Origin: a virus
Taxonomy: Duplodnaviria; Caudoviricetes
IMG/VR virus record: IMGVR_UViG_3300024981_000260
Location: 1-42,366 of that record
DNA length: 42,366 nucleotides
Strand: one strand, 5' to 3'
Shown here: positions 26,051-34,041 of the stretch, piece by piece
How the letters are laid out: every line of letters starts with the position of its first letter
How positions within the stretch are numbered: the first letter of the stretch is position 1
The notes under the pieces: model-generated
What the model was told of the DNA's origin: nothing
What the model saw: only the letters and a program-made list of their open reading frames with translations
Databases searched by the model: none
Position numbers and translations under genes: made by a program

Positions 26051-26503
26051 ATGAAAGCAACGGAATTAAATAGCAGACAAGAAAGAAATGCAGAACACGC
26101 AAAGGAGTTCAAAAACTGGGTGAAAAGCAAGAATGTAGAAGTTTTAACTAGTCTTCCGGGCGTAGATTTGAAAGTAGGTCAGAAAGTAACATTCATAAAT
26201 GGTTACGGCGTAAAATTTGAGGGTCACACAATATTAGGATTTCATACTCCTGACAAATACGGAGATTGTGTATATCTCGATATAGATTGTTATTGGTTCT
26301 CGGTTAGTCCTGATCGTGTGATCGTTGAAAAGACACAAGAAGATGAAATAAAAATCCCTTCTGTCGGGCAATACGTATTTGATATCTATTACAACTGCAA
26401 AAAGCAAGTGAAGGGTATTGCTAATGGGTTGTTTTACGTTGGGTCTGATCACGAACCGGTACACCGTAACGAATTTATTTTTCCATTACCAACTAACAAA
26501 TAA
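26051..26503 (+). CDS. Hypothetical protein (SH3-like pattern)
   Basis: LKVGQKVTFINGYGVKF. Confidence 0.75.
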   Translation: MKATELNSRQERNAEHAKEFKNWVKSKNVEVLTSLPGVDLKVGQKVTFINGYGVKFEGHTILGFHTPDKYGDCVYLDIDCYWFSVSPDRVIVEKTQEDEIKIPSVGQYVFDIYYNCKKQVKGIANGLFYVGSDHEPVHRNEFIFPLPTNK

Positions 26504-26515
26504 TACTTTACAGTT

Positions 26516-26953
26516 ATGAAAACAACGGAATTAGAAATAGGGTCAAGGTATAACTACCAAATGAATAGCGAAACTGTATTAGAAGTTACTTATGTTGGTT
26601 CTTACGAAGGTTCTGGATATACAATGTACGATTTTACATATATGAATGATGGTGTAGAGAAAAGTACAACAATGTTTGAGCGTGCAGTTGAGAGTTGTGT
26701 TACGCCTATAAAGAAAACTACAACTATATACGGTCTTTTTGAAAAGTATATAGTTTCTGATTGTACTAATTTAGAAGATTTTGCATGTCGTTACAGAAAA
26801 CCAGATAGATATAAGCTTAGGGATAGTTATTTGCCTGGCTATTCCGATGCAGTTCTTGAAAGCCATAGGGAAGATTTGCGAAAATACGGTATTACTTGGA
26901 TTAGCCGGCATGAGTCTGTAACCGGTAAAGTCGTTGCTTTCGTTAACAAATAA
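26516..26953 (+). CDS. Hypothetical protein
   Basis: 145-aa ORF in operon. Confidence 0.75.
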   Translation: MKTTELEIGSRYNYQMNSETVLEVTYVGSYEGSGYTMYDFTYMNDGVEKSTTMFERAVESCVTPIKKTTTIYGLFEKYIVSDCTNLEDFACRYRKPDRYKLRDSYLPGYSDAVLESHREDLRKYGITWISRHESVTGKVVAFVNK

Positions 26954-26963
26954 AATTACAGCT

Positions 26964-27497
26964 ATGACAACTTCAACACTTTCCATCGGAATTAATTATC
27001 TATACGCTACCAATCACGGCGTAATAGAAGTAAAATATATAGGACCTTTTACGGCGATGCCCGGGGGCGACTGGCATGACTTTGCTATCAACGACAGGTA
27101 TAAGGATAAGATAATAACCATATCGGCCACATCGATAGAGCGGGGCGACCTGCGGTGTGCGGATCTGTCGATAACGACCGTATCGACTCCATCGAAAATA
27201 GAAGCAAATAAAGATATACCCGTATCGCCTGTATCGTCGGTGCAACCTGATAGCGTAGATTTAAGAGAAATAGATATAGCCTTCGCCAAGGGCGGGCGAT
27301 CTGTGACTAATAATATAAAAGGTACATGTCTACAAAACACAGTATTGCACGCCTACTCTTATCTATATCGGGCTTTCGTTCAGGGTATAACAGACGTTCG
27401 AATTTATTTGCACGGAAAGCGTATAGCTATTCAAGATATATGTTCTTATACCCCTGTATCGTTTATGGACTATCTGATTTTGAATGTAAAAAGTTGA
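26964..27497 (+). CDS. Hypothetical protein, N-terminus similar to previous ORF
   Basis: ATG 26964 in track ORF 26934. Confidence 0.7.
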   Translation: MTTSTLSIGINYLYATNHGVIEVKYIGPFTAMPGGDWHDFAINDRYKDKIITISATSIERGDLRCADLSITTVSTPSKIEANKDIPVSPVSSVQPDSVDLREIDIAFAKGGRSVTNNIKGTCLQNTVLHAYSYLYRAFVQGITDVRIYLHGKRIAIQDICSYTPVSFMDYLILNVKS

Positions 27498-27501
27498 TAT
27501 T

Positions 27502-27696
27502 ATGATAAAACTTACAGGTGTATTAGACTGGGAATTAACCCGATTGGGATTAGAGGCGGGCGATGTGATAAAAATCCATACGCCACCCGGAAAAGAAAAC
27601 GGAGCTATATTCTTCGATACTTACTACAACGGATTTACACAAAACTGTGTGGTTTATCCTGAAAATTATGAGATAATAGACAACAAAACAAAATAA
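27502..27696 (+). CDS. Small hypothetical protein
   Basis: 64-aa ORF in operon. Confidence 0.7.
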   Translation: MIKLTGVLDWELTRLGLEAGDVIKIHTPPGKENGAIFFDTYYNGFTQNCVVYPENYEIIDNKTK

Positions 27697-27703
27697 CATA
27701 CTT

Positions 27704-27973
27704 ATGAAAACAGCAACTAAAAATACCAAATCAAAAACCGCGCCTACATACCAGGGCATGGCATTTCGTTCTATGATCGCCTATATACTCTCGTACTTCA
27801 GATACATCAGGCGCATACATAGCGTCGAAAATGGGCTCGATCCGAACGAACATTTCAGGCTTTTTCGTACCAAATCGAGCCTTTGCGATACGCATATATT
27901 CGAAGGCAGCAAGTATACAATAGAAATCATTGTTCGGCAAAACAAGCCGGAGAAAGGGGGCGAAAATGGCTAA
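27704..27973 (+). CDS. Hypothetical protein
   Basis: 89-aa ORF in operon. Confidence 0.65.
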   Translation: MKTATKNTKSKTAPTYQGMAFRSMIAYILSYFRYIRRIHSVENGLDPNEHFRLFRTKSSLCDTHIFEGSKYTIEIIVRQNKPEKGGENG

Positions 27974-28217
27974 ATGTGCAATACTGAACACAAAAGTAAA
28001 CTTCTCAACGAAGGTATTAGAGGCACTTGAGGAGCTGCAAAATGACAATAACGATGCGATATCGATGTATGTAGATCACCTGGACAAAGTTTCTGATTTG
28101 CTATTCAAGATAGGCGGCGACATGTCTGAAGACGAATCTAAGAACGAAATATTTCAGATGCTGCACGAAAACCACATGCTACGAAAAGACCTGGATTCTT
28201 TGAGAGCTACAAAATAA
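27966..28217 (+). CDS. Small acidic helical protein
   Basis: ATG 27966 in track ORF 27930, overlaps previous stop. Confidence 0.65.
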   Translation: MAKCAILNTKVNFSTKVLEALEELQNDNNDAISMYVDHLDKVSDLLFKIGGDMSEDESKNEIFQMLHENHMLRKDLDSLRATK

Positions 28218-28354
28218 AAATATTCCGTGTGTGTTTAATATGTTTATATTATTGATTTTAGCCGGTGCGTTTGCCTGTGAAGGTAGGCGCACTTTTTTAA
28301 TTTATTTTAACAAATCGAAAAAAAATTTCCGCCGCCGAAAAAATCCTACGCGTA

Positions 28355-28536
28355 TATATACATATATGGCGATCATTCGCATTTTTATTCTGAATCGGCT
28401 CTCTTGTTGGCGTGTTGGTATGTTGGTCGTAAAAAACACCTTTTTATAAAACGAAAAAATTTTTTTTCGACGTACGTAAACTTTCGCGCACGTATATACA
28501 TATATGGCGATCATTCGCATTTTTATTCTAAATCGG
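28355..28536. repeat. Two 44-bp direct repeats flanking three TGTTGG iteron-like motifs
   Basis: TATATACATATATGGCGATCATTCGCATTTTTATTCTrAATCGG at 28355 and 28493 (1 mismatch); TGTTGG at 28405, 28413, 28421. Confidence 0.9.
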
Positions 28537-28557
28537 TATATTCTAAACTGATTTTTT

Positions 28558-28592
28558 GTCCTTTCGCTCCGCATACAGAACTTCTATTTTCG
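28558..28592 (+). promoter_or_regulatory. Putative late promoter 2
   Basis: GTCCTTT 28558 and TAttTTCG 28585. Confidence 0.6.
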
Positions 28593-28596
28593 CTGT

Positions 28597-28911
28597 ATGG
28601 AAACAATCAGCATATCCGAAGCCGTACGCCTGGCACGTGAAGTATCGCAGCTTCCCGAGCCTCAAAACAGGTTTACGATTGCTTTCTTCCCTTATTCACG
28701 GTCGAAGGGCGAAGCATCGGCAAAGCTTGTGACAAAAGAAAATTGTACGTTTCGTTCGCAACTGCCTAAAGATAAGTTTGCGATAGACAGCGATAATTTC
28801 TTTCTGTATGCCGACGAAAAGGGAGATCCGAAGGCCTGTTACAGGATGCTTGTACGCTATATCGGGTTTGCTGTAGACAACTTTAAACTAAGAAAAGTAA
28901 AATCTGTATGA
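28597..28911 (+). CDS. Phage hypothetical protein upstream of portal
   Basis: 104 aa, ATGA overlap with portal. Confidence 0.75.
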   Translation: METISISEAVRLAREVSQLPEPQNRFTIAFFPYSRSKGEASAKLVTKENCTFRSQLPKDKFAIDSDNFFLYADEKGDPKACYRMLVRYIGFAVDNFKLRKVKSV

Positions 28912-30383
28912 GCGAAATATCTTACCTTGGCAATTACGGACTTTCGGTAGCCGAAGATACCGTCCTATCGTTTCAGTTGGGCGATCGCCCGATGGGCAGC
29001 TCGGTGTTGAACGATCCGGGTTTCGAACGTGCGGTAATGCAACCCGTAATACCACGATGGCTCAATATTCAGGGATATAACGTATATGCCCGTGGCGATC
29101 ATAACTTGCAGTGTGAAGAGCAGGAGTATACCATCAAGCGCAACCGCTTGCACCCGAGATTGATAGACAAGCAAGTAAAGTTTCTCTATGGTCTTGGACC
29201 ACATGGTTACTTTATCACCACCGATACCGAAGGTAAGCTTCAGCGCAAATGGTTTCGTGATCCCGAAGTATTCAGTTGGCTCGAATCGTGGCAAAAGAAC
29301 GGTATAGAGTCTTCGTATACAGATTTTGGGCGCAATGTTATACGCCATTTCTACACCTTTTACGATTACTTTACAAAACATCGTTTCTCTATAGGCTCTC
29401 AGTTCGGGTTCGGTCTGCCGATCACAGGCCTCGAACTTGTAGAAAACAAACATTGTCGCCTGGCCACTTCCAAATCGTTCGACGCTGCCCAGGATATACC
29501 TACCTACAAAGATTTCCGTTATATCGCTTTCGGTAACTGGGGATTGGCTACAACCAAGTTTAAGGTGTATCCGCGTTTCGACATTGCTGAAGTAAAAAAC
29601 TATCAGTATGCAGCTATTTCGCATCACCGGCAAACGTCGGTAGGCGATTTCTACGGATGCAATGAGACCTACGAAGGTACGAAACCCTGGATACGCGGAG
29701 CCAATGATAGCCCCGAGTATATCAACTCTTTCCTCAAAAATTCGCTATCGGCAAAGATACATATCATTATTCCTGATGCCTGGATTGCATCGAAGCGTAA
29801 CCAGATTAAAGCTATATGTGAAGAGAATAAGCAGCGTAAAGCCAATAGCAAGGCGTTACTCACCTATAACGGTATCGATGTAGGTACGAATTATAGTGAA
29901 GCATTCCTTATAAACTATATGAACGCTGAAATAAAGAAAGCCACAGAGTTTCTTTCTGGAAAAAGCAATCAGGGCAAAAGCTTCGTTTCGTATTCGTTCC
30001 GCACATCGGCCAAGGAAGAAGAGCGTTGGCGTTTCGAGACTATCGATATGAAATATAAGGAATATATCGAGGCAATGATCGCTTACGATCAGCGTGTAGA
30101 TAATGTACTCGTTTCGTCTATGGGGCTCGATCCTTCTATTACGGGTATCTCTCAGAATGGTGTTATATCCAAGTCGGGAGCCGACGTGTATTATAACTAT
30201 ATCGTCTACCTGTCGTCGCTTACGTCCGATGACGAAATATGTAGCGAAGCGTTTAACTACGCATTGCAAGTAAACTTCCCGCAAAAATATAACGACGGAT
30301 ACCGCATAGGCTTTTATCGCGATATACCGAGCCGTCAAAGTGAAGTGTCACAAAATAACCGCCTGGATGCACCGCAGGCATAA
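28908..30383 (+). CDS. Portal protein (probable)
   Basis: 491 aa, size and position before neck genes; C-terminal MGLDPSITG...SGAD pattern. Confidence 0.7.
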   Translation: MSEISYLGNYGLSVAEDTVLSFQLGDRPMGSSVLNDPGFERAVMQPVIPRWLNIQGYNVYARGDHNLQCEEQEYTIKRNRLHPRLIDKQVKFLYGLGPHGYFITTDTEGKLQRKWFRDPEVFSWLESWQKNGIESSYTDFGRNVIRHFYTFYDYFTKHRFSIGSQFGFGLPITGLELVENKHCRLATSKSFDAAQDIPTYKDFRYIAFGNWGLATTKFKVYPRFDIAEVKNYQYAAISHHRQTSVGDFYGCNETYEGTKPWIRGANDSPEYINSFLKNSLSAKIHIIIPDAWIASKRNQIKAICEENKQRKANSKALLTYNGIDVGTNYSEAFLINYMNAEIKKATEFLSGKSNQGKSFVSYSFRTSAKEEERWRFETIDMKYKEYIEAMIAYDQRVDNVLVSSMGLDPSITGISQNGVISKSGADVYYNYIVYLSSLTSDDEICSEAFNYALQVNFPQKYNDGYRIGFYRDIPSRQSEVSQNNRLDAPQA

Positions 30384-30395
30384 AATAATAAACCT

Positions 30396-30599
30396 ATGGA
30401 AATACTAAAAAAAGGTAAAGACTTAAAAGAAGTATCTCGAAAAAGATGTACGTGTAGTCGCTGCTGCTGCGAGTTTATATATGATAAATCCGATATTCAA
30501 TCAGATCCGCGCGACGGTGATTATATTATTTGCCCTAATAAAACCTGTGGACTTTATATCAATGTAGACTCTATATTGTATAGACAACGTATTTCTTAA
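30396..30599 (+). CDS. Small Zn-ribbon protein
   Basis: CSRCCCEF...CPNKTCG. Confidence 0.65.
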   Translation: MEILKKGKDLKEVSRKRCTCSRCCCEFIYDKSDIQSDPRDGDYIICPNKTCGLYINVDSILYRQRIS

Positions 30600-30613
30600 A
30601 AAACAATTATCCC

Positions 30614-31474
30614 ATGCCGAATTATATACTAAACGAATTATTCTTGAATCTCGCCGAATTTAGAGATTCTGCGCCCAATGTAGAGAGTAGTGCTACCTTT
30701 CAGGCGCTTAATGCTTCGGCCGTTTCGGTTCGAAAGATGATCCGGGGCATTATATCCGAAAATATATGGAATATGATAGTCGCCGAATCGGATACCGATG
30801 CACGTTTATATCTACGTTCGGCATGGGCTAACCGTGTTATGTACGGTGAGAGTATCTTTATCGCTGTCACTAACCGTCAAAATAAGAAAAGCGATACCTA
30901 TAAGTATGAGCTCGAAGCCATCAAACGCCAGTATATAGACAACTATTACAATGCGATGGACTCTCTTCTTGCCATTATCAGCAGTACGCCATCTTATGAC
31001 TGGGAAAATACATGGATAGCACAACAGATGAAAGACTTGAAGATAAAAACGGTACTCGATTTCGAGTCGTATTATCATATCGACAGCTCTTTCCTGTATT
31101 TCATCCGTACCGTGCCTATCCAAAAGAAAGAACTGCTGCTAACGTTCAACTCATACTATGAGAAAATAGCTGACCGTACCGATCTGCTTCCCAACCTGAA
31201 TACGGCACTTGTGTATACCATACTGGCTCGCACACTCAAGCAATTTGATATTATAGAGCTGCCGCCAACATTGCGAAATTACTTTGACGATAATACCCTG
31301 TCTCGCAACGGGAATACCGAGCGTGAAGCCATCAGCAGCCTGGCCGCCGACTTTTTGGGCGACGCACAGTCGTTGTTAAGCAATATCGATATTGCACTCA
31401 CCGATACATCTATAGATGTGAATGTGGGTACTAACCTGAATGAAGAAGAAAACAAGTACTATGGAATGCTCTAA
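30614..31474 (+). CDS. Putative head-tail adaptor/neck protein
   Basis: Helical 286 aa after portal; position-based. Confidence 0.55.
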   Translation: MPNYILNELFLNLAEFRDSAPNVESSATFQALNASAVSVRKMIRGIISENIWNMIVAESDTDARLYLRSAWANRVMYGESIFIAVTNRQNKKSDTYKYELEAIKRQYIDNYYNAMDSLLAIISSTPSYDWENTWIAQQMKDLKIKTVLDFESYYHIDSSFLYFIRTVPIQKKELLLTFNSYYEKIADRTDLLPNLNTALVYTILARTLKQFDIIELPPTLRNYFDDNTLSRNGNTEREAISSLAADFLGDAQSLLSNIDIALTDTSIDVNVGTNLNEEENKYYGML

Positions 31475-32459
31475 AAAAATAGATATCGAGATTAAAGGCA
31501 AGCCTTATTCATTGCCGAATAGCTGGGATGCCCTGTCGCCTGATGAATTTGTGTATCTGTCTGGATTGTTGCAGGATTATGCTGCGGGTTTGCTTTCGGT
31601 TTCGGATGTGCGCCTGCGGTTTGTTGTCTATGTGCTCGATATCGATATGTCGTATGTCCCTGCGCGGCATAAAGATACCATTGCGCAAAACCTGTATATC
31701 CTAATGTCGAAAATCACATTTATTTTCAATATTAAATATCCTGACCAACTTTGGAATGGACTGTCTGCTGAGCTGCGTAAAGAAGCGCTGAAGACCGAAC
31801 CTAAATATCTGCCCGATACACCCGAGGTACGATTGCTTCGCCGTTGCGATTACAAATACGTGATCGATGGCTGTTTTGCTGCACAGCTCTTGCCTACTAT
31901 CACCATCGGCAAGGTTTCATGTGTCGGCTATACGATCAACACGCTATGCGATCAGTTGTCTACATCACTTACTGCCCGTCAGTATGTAGATGCTACCGAG
32001 TGCCTGAACGGTATAGAGAAAAACCGTAGCTTATTGCCATTGTTGGCCGCTACGCTCTATCAGCCGGCGGGCTATTCGTCGGAGTGGGCTCACGATAATG
32101 TTTCGCTGTTTGCTGAGCTCCCTGTGGCTGTGCTCGAAGCTGTGGCGCTTTGTTTTCAGGCTTTTGTGCTGTTTCTGTTTACCAAAACACATTTCAGCAT
32201 TTTGTGGAAGAAAACAAATACAAAGGATCTGCAAAGAAATAAACTATCAGTCGGTCTCAAAGACGGTATATATACCCTGTCGGAAGATGGGTACGGCGAT
32301 ATACACACCGTAGGGGAGATGTCGCTTATCGAATATCTGGAAATATTGCGTAAGAAAAAAATTGACGCCGTGCGCACCATGCATAGCGCAGAAATGAAGA
32401 TTACCGATATAGCCGAAAAAACAGGATTGGATTTCGATACTATTCAGAAAATCATATAA
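31461..32459 (+). CDS. Virion morphogenesis hypothetical protein with C-terminal HTH-like tail
   Basis: LPNSWDAL N-terminus; KITDIAEKTGLDFDTIQKII; start 31461 or 31440. Confidence 0.65.
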   Translation: MECSKKIDIEIKGKPYSLPNSWDALSPDEFVYLSGLLQDYAAGLLSVSDVRLRFVVYVLDIDMSYVPARHKDTIAQNLYILMSKITFIFNIKYPDQLWNGLSAELRKEALKTEPKYLPDTPEVRLLRRCDYKYVIDGCFAAQLLPTITIGKVSCVGYTINTLCDQLSTSLTARQYVDATECLNGIEKNRSLLPLLAATLYQPAGYSSEWAHDNVSLFAELPVAVLEAVALCFQAFVLFLFTKTHFSILWKKTNTKDLQRNKLSVGLKDGIYTLSEDGYGDIHTVGEMSLIEYLEILRKKKIDAVRTMHSAEMKITDIAEKTGLDFDTIQKII

Positions 32460-32473
32460 TAACTTATCGCTTT

Positions 32474-33028
32474 ATGGTAAACCTGGTTAAAGATATATTT
32501 ATGTTTTTTGCACGCTTTCCGCAGAAAGAAGGCGTATTGCAACTATTTACAAACGGACGTAGCGATATGCCGGAGTATAACGATTGGATGCAGGAGGTAA
32601 ATGCCCTTCCGAATCAATCGCTTTTTCCGGAGATCAAAAATTATGTGTTCGGTGTAGACAAGGAAGCTGTTATAACGAGTCTTAATTCATTTTCGGACTG
32701 CTTTTTGTTTGTCGATTACGGGCAGATAGAAAATGAAATGGACCATATAAACAACCGTCGCGAATCGTTCCTGATCGCTTTTACGGTAGCTTATCCGAGC
32801 AGCGACAGTAATAACGATCTTGCCGAACGAGCTATAAAAGCAAACAGGGCTTTGAGCCTCCTTTGCGATATCCGTCATTTTATGATAAATGAAGAGCGTT
32901 GCATCCCTTGGTTAAAAAACTTTCAGGCCGATCATATAATCACGCCGTGGGCGTCGGAGAATGTTCCTTCCTATGGATGGACAGCTATCATACGCCGACA
33001 AGGTTTTGATATGCTGGGAGGAAAATAA
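32474..33028 (+). CDS. Putative tail completion/terminator protein
   Basis: 184 aa in neck region; position-based. Confidence 0.5.
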   Translation: MVNLVKDIFMFFARFPQKEGVLQLFTNGRSDMPEYNDWMQEVNALPNQSLFPEIKNYVFGVDKEAVITSLNSFSDCFLFVDYGQIENEMDHINNRRESFLIAFTVAYPSSDSNNDLAERAIKANRALSLLCDIRHFMINEERCIPWLKNFQADHIITPWASENVPSYGWTAIIRRQGFDMLGGK

Positions 33029-33193
33029 GCCCTTTACTTTTTTCATTGTTTTTGTTTTACTTTTTTTCGTTGATTTGTGTTGTTAGATGCCGCTTTGGTT
33101 GCGATAATCGGGGCGGTTTTCTTTGCTTTAAACTACACATATTTGTGTAGTTTGTTTAATGTTCGTATATTGCAACAGCTAAATTTAACCTAT

Positions 33194-33559
33194 ATGCTAA
33201 AGAAAATAAACACTGTTGTTGACGGCTACGACGTAAAGGAAGTGAACCTATGGCCTTCACCATTTGGCCGTACCAAAAGAGTTTCTTTTTGTACCTGCAA
33301 CGAAGTCGTTTTTGTGCTCGATCGCAAAGGCGATTATTCCCGTGTGCGTAATGCTATGGGTAAGATAGGATGGTGTAATACCGGCTTCCTTATCGATGTG
33401 GAAGAAAATACAGGAAAAGAATATCCGATGGATAGCGATATATCGATCGATAAAGCATTTTACGCCAAAGAGCGATCGTACACCGAAGATTTTAGAAAAC
33501 TACTCTGTAGAACATGGTTATTTAGACTTATTAAAAAGCTGAGAAGCTTGTTTGGTTAA
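33194..33559 (+). CDS. Moron with SH3b-like domain
   Basis: VNLWPSP...VFVLDRKGDYSRVR...GKIGWC; ATG 33194; flanked by hairpins. Confidence 0.65.
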   Translation: MLKKINTVVDGYDVKEVNLWPSPFGRTKRVSFCTCNEVVFVLDRKGDYSRVRNAMGKIGWCNTGFLIDVEENTGKEYPMDSDISIDKAFYAKERSYTEDFRKLLCRTWLFRLIKKLRSLFG

Positions 33560-33582
33560 TTATTATTTTTTAGCAATCACTT

Positions 33583-33613
33583 AAAAGCCTTACAGAAATG
33601 TAAGGCTTTTTTT
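33583..33613. terminator. Intrinsic (likely bidirectional) terminator
   Basis: AAAAGCCTTACA-GAAA-TGTAAGGCTTTT plus T-run. Confidence 0.88.
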
Positions 33614-33648
33614 GTCCTTTATCACCCCCCTGCGTACGGCTAATTTAG
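33614..33648 (+). promoter_or_regulatory. Putative late promoter 3
   Basis: GTCCTTT 33614 and TAatTTAG 33641. Confidence 0.6.
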
Positions 33649-33652
33649 CCGT

Positions 33653-34036
33653 ATGGTAACTACCGATAATATATATGTAATAAACGTACCCGAGACCTTC
33701 GGTAAGGCAGCGAAAGAGCTAACTGACCGACAGAAGCGTGTCGCCAATCAGCCTTCTGTCAGAAAATCGGGACATCTGGCTGATTCTATCGGCGGAAATT
33801 ACATCGTCACCTCTCAGGACAATGCAACTACCCTTACCCTTACATATCCTATATATATCCGATATCTGGACATGCAATACCGCGGCAAAGAACCTAACAG
33901 AAAGACAAAGAAGAAAGCTCCTATTTACAATCGACTTGTTTATGGATTTCTGCAAGGATACATCTACAATAGTCTTCGTGGCGGACTCGCTCGCTATCTG
34001 GTAGGTAAAATACGGGACATAAAAATTGAAATCTGA
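33653..34036 (+). CDS. Putative neck/tail completion protein (HK97 gp10-like)
   Basis: RKSGHLADSI...YIRYLDM basic protein before tape measure. Confidence 0.55.
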   Translation: MVTTDNIYVINVPETFGKAAKELTDRQKRVANQPSVRKSGHLADSIGGNYIVTSQDNATTLTLTYPIYIRYLDMQYRGKEPNRKTKKKAPIYNRLVYGFLQGYIYNSLRGGLARYLVGKIRDIKIEI

Positions 34037-34041
34037 GTAAT

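Noticed and set aside
28231-28640. Track ORFs 28231-28449, 28302-28574 and 28404-28640
   Set aside because: They overlap the direct repeats, iterons and promoter, have low-complexity translations and non-ATG starts; the region is better explained as non-coding
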